Of a DNA stretch of 64,000 nucleotides, positions 37,338 to 50,814 are shown in pieces; positions within the stretch are counted from its first letter, which is position 1; each line of letters opens with the position of its first letter. The stretch comes from Marsupella aquatica (taxonomy: Eukaryota > Plantae > Marchantiophyta). Position numbers and translations under genes: made by a program. The notes beneath the pieces were generated by a model. That model was given only the letters and a program-made list of their open reading frames with translations, did not search any database and was not told where the DNA came from. The stretch spans positions 12,713,934 through 12,777,933 of the forward strand of contig OZ316899.1 of NCBI GenBank assembly GCA_973895155.1. The letters run 5' to 3'.

Positions 37338-40261
37338 TGTGACACCGCCAACACGGCTGGTAATGAGTAATATGGTTTAACCCATGTTACGTACGTTAGA
37401 AGTAAACTTAGTAGCTCGAGTTATTAGTATAAAGACACAAATTAGCTAGTCATGATGTTTAAGACAAGATTTAGTAATAATGGGGATTTGTGTTTGAGCT
37501 GGCGGCACGGCACCTGACGTACCGCCGGATTAAGGGCGCGTTATGGCGGTCCGCCTTGGATCCATATAACAGATCTGGAGACGGCCACTAGCATGCTCTG
37601 ACCCGGTCTTGCGGAGTGGTTGGTACGGGGGTTGGTACCCCCCGGCATGAAGGGCTCGGCCTATCATAGGCACGAGGAACCAATCAGTCGATGCACCACA
37701 AGAGTATAAAAGGCGAGCTCTTCCCTATCTTGGGCCACTAGTTCACTCCACGCGCCAGCTTTGATCCTAGGCTCTCTAGTTTTCCTTGGAGCAACCATAC
37801 ACACCACGCCTTATGTCGGTCACGGTTATGTCCAGTTTTGCCATTCATTTTTGGTTTCAATTTCTACACATTGGGAGCCATCTTGCAAAATCAATCGCCG
37901 GACACAATCTGCGTAGATACAAAGCCGAGAGAGAGTACGAACAACTTATCCGTAGAAACACGGGCTCACACTACAACAACTTCAGCCTCCCATTTGAGAG
38001 CAAGTACTTACAGAACAAGGAGATCACCAAATTCTTCTTCGACGGCCCAAAGTACCTTGGCTTTGGAAAAGCGTTCCTCCGACTCCTAGACGAAGTCTTC
38101 AGGATCCCAGGCACGGTGGATTTCCAACGTCATCACTTTGACGATATACCTGCCCGAGTTCAATCCTACCTCAACTTTCGGTTTAACAGTAGTCCAAGTC
38201 CGAGCGGGCCCTCAATACTGACATCCCTCAGCTTCCCTTCCAAATTTCTGAGTCCTATGGCACCCCCTCCAGCTACAACCAACTTGCCAAGACCGGCACA
38301 GACTCCGCCTTGGCCTCCATTGAGCCGTTCCCTGCCGCCCATTGCACCATCTGCCCGAGTGCGGTCCGTGGTGAATGCGGTCAACCTCAGCTCGGAGGAC
38401 GAGGAGGCCCCTCCCCTTAACAGCAGTCTTCCAGGTCCTTACGGGGCCAGGCTGGGTACTGCTCCGACGCATCAAAGAATCCAGGCAGTAGCCCCAATGG
38501 ACAACGCGGTGATAGTGGTGGCCCCAACGCCAGTACTTACGGCGGTAGCACTGCCGCCGCCTGATAGATAGGACGGGGAGATGTCCCCCTCTACGAGTCA
38601 CCTCGGAAACCAGTCTCGGGGTAGGAAGAGGAAGGAACCCACGGCTGTATCTGGGCTGCCCTTGGCCACAGTTGCGGTGGCCAAGCTGACCATGCATCGC
38701 ATGGGGGAGAATGTCCACAAGAACATTCTCCACCCCAAGCATGCATGCTATCTAAAGACCCAAGGGTTTGAGCACCTTGCCGCTCTCCCTTGGAATACTT
38801 GCAGGTACTATGGGCAGGATATGATGGACTTCGTCCAAAACTTTGACGAGGCTCGCCAACAAACCCGTGCGCATGGGAGAGTGATGTCCCTAAGCAAGGC
38901 ACAGCTCAAGCTGATCTTTGGCCTACCCAAACGAGTAAACCGGGTAGAATCAGGGCTCATGGGGGCAAGGGAGCCAAGTATCAGTCCTCTGCTTTGAGGC
39001 GAAAGGAGCAATGGACAACGGATTCTTGATGAGGACATGCCTCATCCCGAAGATAGCAGAGCGGCTGGAGTTCCAAAGGTATGCCCTCCACATGATGGAG
39101 CCAAGGGGCGAGATATCCGCCGCCCAAGTAATCCAGGTCGAGAACTACCGGCCTAGGAAGTGGGCTTCTTTCTTTCTCAAGAAGTTCCATGAGGAGATGG
39201 AAAGAAAAAGGAAGACCTTGCACCTTGGTGGAAAGGCGTACCTTGCAAGCCACATTGAAATAATCATCAAGTGGTACGCCCGTTTTGACCGCCAAAACCT
39301 CCCACGGCTTAATGAGCCCGAGCTAACCCCATCACGGTGGGTATTCCTGGCCCAGAAAAGGCGACCCCAACCCAAGGCCAGAAGTTTGGCAGCCATGGGG
39401 CCCACAACTACCCCAGCCCCACAACTAGTTACTGCCACCCCTCCTTCTATACCAGACAATGCGGTTATTGGGACCTTGGATTTGATCAACCAGGCCAACG
39501 CGACCATCAAAGTCGGGCTAGAAGAAGCCGGCCCCGAGCCTGAGACTGTGATTATGGAGGACACCCTGGTACCCTCCAAGAGAACTCCCCGTCCCTTGTG
39601 GAGAACCCAGCCCCCTCCGTCTTCATAGTCCAGGGCTGGACATCACCACTCTGACCCCGTGCGAGTTGTGGTCTGTCCTTGCCAGAACCCGAGTGGGCAT
39701 AGCCTGGAGTACCCAGAACTCTTTGCACCGGGCATGTTTTTGAATGGGTTGTTGGGTGACTTCTTCCAACAAATTGCACAAGATACAGGGGAGTTCATGG
39801 CACGGAAGGTGGCCTACTTCTTCAACTAGGAATTGGTTGCGCCGGTACAAGCAGGGCATGTGCAGACTGAGCTCGCGCGGAAGATAGAGTGATATCGGGT
39901 TGAGGCTACCCACCTAAAATTGAAGCCCTAGCCCAAGAAACCAAACTTCAACTACTGCAACCTCAGTTAGCGGCCGCATTGGAGCAGGTGGCTGAAGCCG
40001 GGGCCCGGGAAGCCTTGGCAGATTAGGTTGGAGCCCGGAGGGATGCCAAGATCGCACAACTTTGGACCCAGATTGATGGTTTGAAGGGACAAGCCGTCAT
40101 CTGGCAAAAAGATGTGGAAGAATCCGATGCCCGGGCCCAGCAAGACGCAACCGAGGTGGACGCCCTGAAGGCGAAGGTGGCACGACTTCAAGAAGATGCC
40201 ACAAAGCAGGCCCAATTGGTGGACAAGCTGACAAGCGACCCCCAGCAATTGGAAGAGGCAT

Positions 40262-41460
40262 TGTCGGGGGAATCTTTAGTCAAGTCATGGATTGCAATTC
40301 CCAACAAATCCTACAGTTTAGATAAGTCAATTATAGAAAACAAAGACTATGATCTTAAGATTCACCATAGATGATATAATCACAGGCTCTGGCATCCTAA
40401 GCATGATATTGTATCTTTCATCTCCATACTTTATAACTAAAACATCTTTACAATCAACCTTCTTGCGACATACCACTCTAATGTCAATAGATGAAGGAAA
40501 ACCAGATACATTATTAGAAAGCCTATTCAAATCTAACTCCGGTATATTTACGGGTTGTCTATTAAGATCCATCTAATATAAAATAAAAATAGTCACATTC
40601 CATTATTTCTATAAATAACAATCGGGTATATAAATGGTGCATTGCTATTCATAACAGTTTCCATTAACTCAAATCCAAAATGATAAAGAAGATGCATTCT
40701 CATGATATGCTTGCTAAGACAATGAACTCTAATTAAGAATGAATTAACAAATGGCATAGCATATGGAGGATGAACTCTAGGTACTCCATTTATCATATTA
40801 TTCATTACAATTACTCTAAATTGATCTCAAGACTAATAAACATAAAACATAAAATAATTCTAAGGCCAACAATCAAGTTAGTACCCAAGTATGGATGTAA
40901 ATAACAAACAAGACATGTGCACAAGAGGGAAAGAGTTCCTTACAGTGTTGCGACAACATGATAGATCAAACAATGCAAATGAGGAGAGTGTGCTCCTCTT
41001 CACTTTATTTATAGTGCCCCTTTGTGATTTCCAAGAGGGCATGGATCGATGTCTTGGCCCTTGGATGGAAGCCAAGTGGCAAGCATCAAGTGCCTATAAA
41101 TGTGCTAGTACTATTCATAGTTGGTGAAACTACTATGCGTAGTTGGTGGAACTATTATGCGTAATTGATGAAACTACTGCGCGTAGTTGGTGGAACTATT
41201 ATGTAGAGTTGGTGGAACTACTATGCATAGTTGGTGAAATTATTATGCGTAATTGGTGGAATTAATATGCATAGTTGGTAAAACTACTATGCGTAATTGG
41301 TGAAACTACTGTGTACCATTGTAGAATGTACACAGTGCATACTGAATATAACATATATGCTCTAATAGTACTACTATGAAGCTTTTAAGTAAAACCCTTT
41401 TCACATAAACTCAAATAACACAATATGAATTCTAGCCTTCTAAAGGGAATCCCCACGATA
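40262..41460 (-). mobile_element. ~1.2-kb AT-rich insertion, probable solo LTR of a further family
   Basis: Termini TGTCGGGGGA...TCCCCACGATA with flanks GCAT / GCGT. Removing it restores EEACQKAAEE in the C1 ORF. Minus-strand TATAAAT at ~41007. Confidence 0.7.
41108..41312. repeat. 22-bp tandem repeat (TAGTTGGTGAAACTACTATGCG), about 9 units
   Basis: Directly visible head-to-tail units with no spacers. Confidence 0.9.
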
Positions 41461-42444
41461 GCGTGCCAGAAAGCTGCGGAGGAGACAGACGCGGCGAAGC
41501 GAGAGAATAAATCTCTGCTAGACCAACTCCGATTGCTCAAGCAGGACGCCTCTCACGTCGTCAGCCTAGGCCTTAACCCGGGCTTCGGCTAAGACAGGCA
41601 CATCCTTCATCAAAATGAGGGTTCGGGCAGGGAGGGAGGTGCGGAATGCACCTAACTCACGTAAACTAGCGCTAAGTGTGCCTATTGTCATATACAGACA
41701 CCTCCTAGGTATGGTTTGTGTTCCGCCGCCGGAACGTACCTCAGTCGATAGCAGGATCGACCCCGGCTTACTAGCTTCTAAGCCTTCGTGTTGTCCGCCT
41801 TTGATCCGGATTTGATGATATGGATACTCAACCCGGGCTGGCAACCACTTACCCACAAGTTGCACCCCGTGCACGACTTGGGTAGTGCGTTCTGCCAAGC
41901 GTTGGCACCTATACACGAGATTCACACATATACATACGCACAAGCATACAATCTTGATTTACACGAAGAAAATAATGGGAAAGGATTTTACTACATAGGA
42001 GACATATGCGTACACTTAGTTGACCCAAAAGCTCTGGAATGAACAGGTCCAAGGCCAAGGGTGTATACTACAATAGAGCCTAGCTCCGCACTCGCCCAGC
42101 GAGCTTAGTCCTACGCCCTCCCCTTCGTACTCTTTCACTCCTAGAGGTCGGGACTCCCCGCACATACCGCGGATGTCCAACACTGAGACTAAAAATCCCC
42201 CCTTGCCTCTACCAAGGGGTGCGTTAAATACTAAGGGCTGAGGAACAGAGTGCCCTCGCGCCCAAAGATTTGCTAACTAAGGTCCTAACTAAGCTGGCTG
42301 TCAGGCCAAAAAACGGCTTGTCTTATTAGAAGATCATAATCTACGCAGGCTGGACAGCATGGCAGTGTTGCTTTAACACGGCAGGTGCTTGTCCCTATTG
42401 CCTGATTTAGCTATTCCTAACTCTATTTTAATCCTACTCCACCG

Positions 42445-45122
42445 CTAATGCCTGGCACGCTTGCCAGAGCCACCTGAGTGGGAGCGGCTATCCCGCTGCC
42501 TTATGAGTCTGTCGACGTCCTGCTTGAGCAGCTGGACCTGGTCCAGCAGAGATTCGTTCTCCCGCTTTGCCACGTCCGCCTCTTCCGCGGCCTCCTGGCA
42601 TGCCTCCTCCAGTTGCTGGGTGTCGCTCGTCAGCTTATCCACCAATTGGGCCTGTTTTGTGGCTTCTCCTTGAAGCCGCACCACCTCTGCCTTCATGGTG
42701 TCAATCTTGGCCGTGTCCCGCTGAGACCTAGAGTCAGCTTCCTCCAGATCCTTTTGCCAACTGACGGCTTGTCCCTTCAAACCGTCAATCTTGGTCCGGA
42801 GCCGAGCGATCTCGGCGTCCTTTCCAAGCCCGGCCTGTTCTGCTAAAGCTGCTCGGGCCCTAGACTCGGTAACCTGGTCCTCCATGGCCGTTACCTAAGG
42901 CCGCAGTTGCTGGAGTTCAGCCTCCAGGGTTGCCACTTTGTCCTTCAGGTAGGCAGACTCAACCCACTATCGCTCTATTCTCTGCGCTGTCTCTACCTGC
43001 GCATGTCCTGCCCTTACAGCCGCAACCAACTCCTGGTTGAAGAAGTAGGCCACCCTCCGGGCCATGTATTCCCCGGTGTCCCGAGAAATCTGTTGAGAGA
43101 AATCTCCCAACAACCCGTTCATAAATGTGCCCGACGCAAAGAGTTCTGGATGGTCTAAACTGTGTCCATCTGGATTCGGGCACGGGCAAACTCCAACCCG
43201 TGTGAGAGTAGGAGTGGATACATCCAACCCTTGAGGTAAGTTGGTTGAAGGGGCTGGTTCTACTGGAGGTGAGCAATTCTCCTGCACAACTGCGGGGGGT
43301 GGCGGAATCTCCTCGGCCACTGTGGCATCTGCTTTGGGTATGGCTTCATCCGGCCGGCTTTGATTGCATTGCCCCGATTGATTGTGTCTAAGGTCGCGAT
43401 AACGTCTATGGGTATGCTTGGCGGGGCGGCAGCGGTGGGTTGCGGGGTCGGGGTAGCAGGCCTTGCAGCTGCCAAACTTCAGGCCTCGGGCTGCGGTCGC
43501 CTCACCTGGGCTGGGAACACCCATTTTGATGGGGTCAGCTCGGGCTTGTTGATACGCGGGAGGCTACGGCGGTCAAAATGAGCGTACCACTCGATGATGA
43601 TTTCGATGTGGCTAGCAAAGTATGCCCTTCCGCCAAGGTACAAAGTCTTTCTCCTCCACTCCATCTCCTCGTGGAACTTCTTGACGAAGAAGGACGTCCA
43701 CTTCCTGGGCCGATAGTCCTCCACCTGGATGACCTGGGCGGCCGATATTTTGCCTTTGGGTTCCATCATGTGGAGGGCATACCGCTGGAACTCCGGGCGT
43801 TCTGCTACCTCCGGGATGAGGCACGTCCTCATTAAGAACCCATTGTCCACTACCCCCTCGGCCGGGAAGCTAGAGGACTGGCATTTAGCTCCCTTGCCCC
43901 CAGGAGCCCGTGACTCTACTTGGTTTATCCCCTTGGGTAAGCCGAAAATCATCTTCAGACGTGCCTCATTGGGACACATCACTCTCCCATGCACTTGGGT
44001 TTGTTGACGGGCCTCGTCAAAGTTATGAATGAACTCCGTCATATCCTGCTCGTAGTACCTGCTTCTGTTCCAAGGGAGAGAGGCGAGATGCTCAAAGCCT
44101 TGGGTCTTCAGATAGCATGCATGCTTGGGGTGGAGGATGTTCTTGTGAACATTGTCCCCCATGCGATGCATGGTCAGCTTGGCTACCGCAATCGTGGCCA
44201 ACGGCAACCCGGATACGGCTACAGGTTCCTTCCTCTTCCTACTCCGAGACTGATTCCCGGGGTGACTAGAAGAAGGGGACATCTCTCCTTCCTCTCGGTC
44301 AGGTGGTGGTAGCGCGATTGCCGTGAGTATTGGTGTTGGGCCCGCTAGAGTTATCGTGTTATCCCCTCGGGCTTGCTGGAGTGATGCTGGGTTGTTCATA
44401 CCCCGCGGCCGTCGATTTAGAGGAGGGTGAGCGTCCTCGTCTTTGGAGCTAATATTCACCGCATTCACCATGGATCGTACTCGGAGAGATGGTGGGACCG
44501 GTGGCGGGGACCAGTTTGGCTGAGGCCGAGGAGGTGTAGGTGCGGGTATGGGCATGGGTTGGCTGGCACTGGTCGTTGATGGTAGAGTTGCCATGAAGTT
44601 CTGTAGGTGCCGGTGGAGGTTTTTCAAAGCAAGTGTAGACGGCCCTGTCGACCGGGTCGTGTTGAACTCGCTGTTGATGATAGCCCGGACCCGAGTGGGG
44701 ATGTGGTTGAAGTGGTGCCGCTGCAAGTTGATCATGGCCGGAATATTGAAGACCTTGTCCGGAAGCCGAAGCAATGCCTCCCAGAAGCCGATGTATTTTC
44801 CTCTATCAAAGAAGTACCTTGATACCTCTTTGGGTTGGTAAAGCTCGCTCTGGGATGGGTACTCAAAGGTAAGGAGATAGTGGTGGCGGCCTACTAGGCC
44901 GATGGCTCTCTCATATTCGCGTTCGATCTTGTATCGGTGCAGGTTGGCGTGTTTCAATGAGTCGGCCAAGTGCCCTTTGATAGATAGGAACTGTGTCCAG
45001 AATCGTATGCCTAACTGGAAAGGATCGTGTGCGACATTCAGAGGAGATAGCAGGTGACTAAGGATAAACGAGAGAGCTGGGGTCAAAGCTGGCGCGTGGA
45101 CTGGAGAGCTGGTGCACTGCAA
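42445..45122 (-). pseudogene. Family C LTR-encoded accessory ORF (PMD/Transposase_32-like plus coiled coil), frameshifted
   Basis: GFEHLASLPW...MTEFIHNFDE...VHGRVM...IFGLP followed by a C-terminal coiled coil. Same strand as pol and downstream of the LTR TATA (~45137-45143). Confidence 0.8.
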
Positions 45123-46103
45123 AGGATCGGCCCCCCTTTTATACCCTGAGAGCTCGTCGATTGCCCGACGCCTCCTCGTCGCTTATAGGTCAATCCTTTC
45201 ACGCTCGTAGTGTATCGACCCCTTCTCCAGTCCAGGTCAGCTCGTGTTAGTGGCCGCCTCTCGGAGTCTGTTATACGGACCTGAGGGAGGGGGAAAAAGG
45301 GCCCATTACACGCTCGCAACCCGGGCGTGCGAATGGCAACCCGCCACCAGCCCAAACATGAATTCCCCTTATTGACTAATGATTTCCTACTCATAATGGG
45401 TATGATAGCCATGACAGAAAACAGAAAACCTATTACCAGGGGTTTATTTTCTGTTAACAGGGAAATTGTACCTGTTACCAGTAAGCTTGTCCCTGTTACC
45501 AGTTTTGCCTGAACCATAACGTGCATATCCACCACTTTAAGGTGCATATCCACCACTCTAATGGCATAATTTTTCGGGGGGCAATAAAGTTTAAAACAAA
45601 CAATTATTTTGTACCATCCGATGGATGAAGTGTACTATCAATCCTCCATTGACACAACAATTTATTGTAGAAGATAAAAAACATGGTATTAGGAGTGTGC
45701 CTAAAGAAACATTCATGCAAATCAATCTATTTTCATCGCCAAATAGTGACCCTTAGAGTGGGACCCACCATAGCACATGTCAATCGTGGAGTCCAAATCA
45801 ACCCAATCTAAAGGAGTTGATTAAATGGACCTTGTAACGTCACAAACAAATGACAAATCACATCCTCGAGGCTTTGAAGACAGTAGACAATTTAATCAAC
45901 TAACACATTTTAAATAAAACAAGAGGTCATTCTTCCACAATGCACGTACATAATGAAGCAATGAATATCCGGTTTCCTAGAACCAGCGCCCGGCGCTAAC
46001 CAACAAAGTCTCAATAAAACAACTAAAATATCCGTTGGAAAAAGACAAAATAGGGAATAACCGTTATATTGAACGACGACCTATTGGGCAGTTTCGATCT
46101 CTC

Positions 46104-49100
46104 TCATAAGCCATTCAAGTTCTGCCTCTCCAGCACAAGCCTGACTTCGCCTAAAGTCAAAATAGGTTGGCTACAAAGAGTCGACTCCTCAATCTCAAGT
46201 TTGAAAACATTTATGTACACCCAGTATAGATGTTTGCAAGGCATGTACGACTTGCCACGCGAATGTCGGAGGAAGAAGTCTTCACAAGAGCAAGCGGGGA
46301 AGATACAGATTTGGACGAAGTATGTGCTTGGTGATCGATGGTTCTCATGGGTTCGAATTTGAAATTGCTTTCCAAAAGCATTTCCGGTCTGAACATTCCA
46401 TTCCCCATCCAAACTCATCACTTCTTGTCGTGCAGACTCCATTCGCTTCGTGTGACCCACAGTGAGATTAGACCGAGGCCTTGAGTTCCTCCCATTCCGA
46501 CTACCAAGTCGGAGATTCGGCTCCAAAAACCTTATTGTTTCTGGGAACACGTTAACATTTATCCTGAGGTCAAAAGCAGATGGCGCAGATCAACTCAATC
46601 CTATTGTTCACGCTAAGACAAGTCCTTGCTCTTCCAGGAATGTAATTTCAGAAGGAGACAGGCTCGTACCCTTCAGAACAGGCAAAATGTCAGGAAAAGG
46701 AGGAAGCTTCTGAACACCACGACGCGGATGACTCTTGTAACACGCTTGGTTCGGGCAAAACCAAATCATTTCGGAGATGGGTTTGCCCCTGAAGAGACGA
46801 TGGCCCTTCACGACAATTCCGACAACACCTTCAGACGAATGGAAGCCAACCTTCTTGATACGATTTTGACACTCATCGCGATCCGAACTCCCATTCAGTG
46901 TACCATTGCATTGCGGACCTGCTCCATACTTCGATGTCCGTCGCAACTGCCACTGCCCCGGAGGGACATCCTTCTCTAGCACAATCGTGCGTGGAAGTTG
47001 ATTTTGAAGTGCTGCTGGGGCACTGATCGGAGGTTTTGAGGATCTTGTTGTTCGGGTTGTTTGAGGAGTATAGTCCAGTGAATCAATATCACTCTCTGAT
47101 GTGACCATACTTGAGAGATTCACCGCCTTTGTGACAGGATGATCAGAACTTGAGGGAATAGAAGAAAAGTCAGTTCTGTTCAGGTTCTTCCTTTTCAAAC
47201 CATGAGTATTTGGTGTGGTTATTAGAACGGTGTCATGCCGATGGGAATCTTGTGGAGAGACAGTCCCAGTTGCATGTCCCTTCCTCTTCATTGACTTCGT
47301 CATTATATCTCCATTCAGGGGAGTACTTCTTTCCAAATCGAATTCTGCTGCGTTAGATAAAAGCATATTAGTTGCTTCTTCAAACAATCTTGGTGAACCT
47401 GCTTGATCGGCGGAACGGAACGCCAATTCCCATATAGTTGGCCCCTTCCCCCGGTTCAAGCCTTTACGGTATACACTGTATCCGACAACTTGAGACAGAG
47501 CACAGTTTTGGTCAACTTCGCAAGCTTCATAAAGACCGACCTTTTTCTTTGTAGGCGAGGCTTTCATGGACGCATGCCTTGATTCTGACCCTGTACAGTT
47601 GGGGATCAAGGCACCTTCCTCAGCGCTTTTGCTCTGCCATACGAAAATGTCAACCGTAAGTAGTATTCTATTACCAGCGCCCGGTGCTGGCAACATAAAT
47701 ATGTAGAACAGGCCTGAAATACAATTTCAATGTTTAATACTGAATTCTAACTACATATTGGCTTCAATTTCTTGTACTACTTGTTTTGACGTGTATGGAG
47801 AAAATAACCAGCGCCTGGCGCTAATATGAAGTTGATGAACATTACAGTCTAGATAGATGGATGCCTTACCACTCGAATAAAATTGCCCCACTGGCGCCAG
47901 TGAACAACCCACCAAGATATCCAGCTTTGCGGCATCTTCAGCTTTCCGGGGACACAGTTTCCTGATTGCCACCACACAACAATCTCTCGGGACACCCGGT
48001 ATGCTGCCACAAATGATGGAGCATTTCTCAGTTTCTCCCAAAGTCTCCGATGCTCCGATTGACATTCTTCCAGTACTCCTTCCTTGGAATGACGATGAAA
48101 AGATTGATAAAAGTGAAATGCATCAGAGCGCTCCCTCTCCGGGTCCGGGTGTCCACCAAAAAAAACATTTCGCACTGCATTCCATCCAGCTTGTGCATTG
48201 TCGGCCATAAATCCTTGGATGACAACCTCCTGAAGTTCATTTTCTTTGCAAACCTCAATCATCACTCTCCATGCCTTTTCAAAAGACTCAGTGTCTTCAC
48301 CTTTCAACTCGCATGTGAAAATTGTACACAGTGCACGGAAATTCTGGTCGTAGACGTGTGCGCTGAAAGTAAACCAATCCGTGGTGACACGCTGCATCAC
48401 ATCGAAACTTACCCAGGCTCCTTCGAGTCTTCCACCCGGTTGCATCTGCCTCAAAAGATCCACACCGGAACCGTGACCTTTCACGGTCATTTTAAAGATG
48501 TGAGGCCTATCGTTCTGACATCCCTGGCCTGGGAGCAAATACCTCTGGAGAAACGACACATGAATCCTCCTCTGCATTTGCGAGAGAAAATCTAATTCAC
48601 CCCGACCTTTTTGGTCTATCCTAACGCTCCGACAAAGAGATGCAAACTTCTGCGGAGTGGAAAGGACCATCAGAGACTTCCATATTTCAGTTTCTTCGAT
48701 ATCGACCATGTCGTCAACATGTTCGCAGAGAGATTTCACTAAGGACCCTGTAGCAGAATTCAAGATCCCTGCCGGTTTTGACAGAGGATTGGCTTCATGT
48801 TTTTTTTAATTAGATCCTCGGCTATCTTCTCCGCACTCCTACAGAAGGTTTTTCTACCTGGATGGTTGTGCTCACCTATATGAATTGTCAGGCGGGACAT
48901 ATGACTACATGTTTCCGCATCAAGTAATACTTGGGGGTACATGTAAAACAAACGGGCAGGGCAGTACTTCACACAAAAAGGAATCTGTTCGCAGTAATGA
49001 CAAACAACACCTCCCTCTTCGATGAAAGATCCCACAGCATACTGACCACTGAGCTTTGGAGTACCCTGCCATGCCTTAGCATTTGCCTTCTTCTTCCTTT

Positions 49101-49853
49101 GGAAATAGTCGCAGGACTTGTTCCTGCATTCAATGAATCCCGTACAGGTAACCTTCCCAAACTGCCAAAGGTTTTTAGGATGAACAGTTGCAGTTGTTGG
49201 AAATATGCGTGTCCAAATGTAACAATCTTTGGCACGATCCATGTCCCTAAGCCTAGAGCCTTTAGAGAGCATCTTATCAATGGGCGGCAACTCAAACACG
49301 ACGTTACCATTGTACTTAGTTGGCAGACATGACACTTGTTCATGCCTGAAATGACCCGCTGATATGAACCGTGACAACTCACTATGACCAGTTGATTTGA
49401 GTAATGTATCCATCGCACTGCGCCGGTACACGACCTCCAACTGCTTAGAGCTTCCCGGAGTCTCAGCTTTCACGACAGCAGGGAGCGGGCTTTTCTTCTT
49501 CGATGGTGGACTTAGAGTACGATCTCCATCCTCACTTGAAGAAATCTCAACCACATCACATGGAACCGGCGGGAAACTGGACAGTCCTGCATGCTGTCTT
49601 AAACGAACCGAGTAGAGATCCCTGCGTAGAGATGCCAAAACCGTTCACTGTCATCGACATTGAACGTTGCAGCATCCTCGATATCATCAATGGATTCAAG
49701 CTCTCGAACAATGGCCTCAATGTCATTCATCTTCAAATCAAATCTCCCGCAGAGATACCTCTCCCGGACCTGCTTGTACGTATCTTCCATGGGGACGGGG
49801 ATAGTCACAATATCTTCAGAACCGAATTGAGAAAGAACGATAGACCGAGACAT
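46104..49853 (-). pseudogene. MULE transposase: GCM-like Zn domain, DDE core, SWIM finger (frameshifted; intron ~47634-47869)
   Basis: CTGFIECRNKSC...CHYC...CPAR...HIGEHNHP. Acidic triad candidates WVSFD, FMADN and SESRH, plus DAFH. SWIM CSCEDF...PCKH. Confidence 0.85.
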
Positions 49854-50132
49854 GGTGAACAAAAACAAAAACCGAGGGCTATAGCGTTTGAAAGAAGAAA
49901 AGTTCATGGTATTGTTCAGCTTATATCTATCGAACCTGGGAATTTGACGTTAACCGATCCGTTTGTATACGACATAAAACATTGACGATGGAGGATCCGT
50001 TGGCACCATAAATGATTTTTGTCGTTTTTTCCCCGAGAAGTCCGGATGTCAAACATGAACATATTGCTAAAAAGATCACCAACCTTACTTAAACAGACCA
50101 TAAGATATGACAAGGTATTGTCAAATTTTAGT

Positions 50133-50553
50133 AGCGCCTGGCGCTAACTAAAATACGCCACTAAAAATGTGTCTGAAATCTCGACATTCCAAACTAGCGC
50201 CCGACGCTAGTATAGAATAAATTCCCTGAAAATGAACATTATAACCACATACCAGGTGGTAATTGGGAATAAATGGTGCCTTCAAAGGATGGTTTGGATG
50301 GATTATGGATGATAAATGAACATTTATACTAGCGTCGGACGCTAGTATTACATTTGAGAAATATTTCTGCGTAAACGATGTACTGAAGGACACTTTAATA
50401 AAATATGGGGGTGGAAAGGCCGAAATTTATGTCATAGCTCCTTCAAAAAAGACCTCTAAATTTCTTCCAATTTATACTAGCGCCGGGCGCTATTATAAGC
50501 ATACTCTAAATTGTTCACCTTGATGGTCATCATTAATGCTAGCGCCCGGCGCT
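50133..50553. promoter_or_regulatory. Five AGCGCCnGGCGCT palindromes in the divergent intergenic region (copy 2)
   Basis: Centres at 50139, 50202, 50337, 50485 and 50547. The regulatory role is inferred. Confidence 0.75.
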
Positions 50554-50814
50554 AGTATTGATATGATGTTAGGAAATGTCTTTAACGGTAACATTCAACG
50601 GTAACTTATGACTTTTGTGTGTGTTACGCATCTTCTACCGTTTGATTTTGGTAATTAAACCTTCCGTATACAGACGTTGGAAACCGCCAAACATCAGAGC
50701 TAATGGCTTTCCTCTAGGTTATGTCATCCTCCCGCTAGAATATATTACACGTTCAGAGATGATTATAGTTCCATAATTTCATTGTACGATAGTTCGTACG
50801 CTTCTAGAAGGAAG

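Larger units (their letters stand above)
37338..41548 (+). mobile_element. Giant LTR family C, copy C1 (3'-truncated) with decayed accessory ORF
   Basis: Starts TGTGACACCGCC. TATAAAA at 37705, the same 367-bp offset as in C3. ORF remnants 37786-41548 are homologous to C2 and C3. Confidence 0.85.

Noticed and set aside
37691-37700. ATGCACCACA resembling a family A terminus
   Set aside because: No upstream family A homology; it is a chance match within the C1 LTR.
41108-41312. CRISPR array (also 12570-12825, 55180-55530 and the dispersed palindromes)
   Set aside because: Head-to-tail minisatellites or irregularly spaced motifs, with no unique constant-length spacers, no cas genes and a eukaryotic context.
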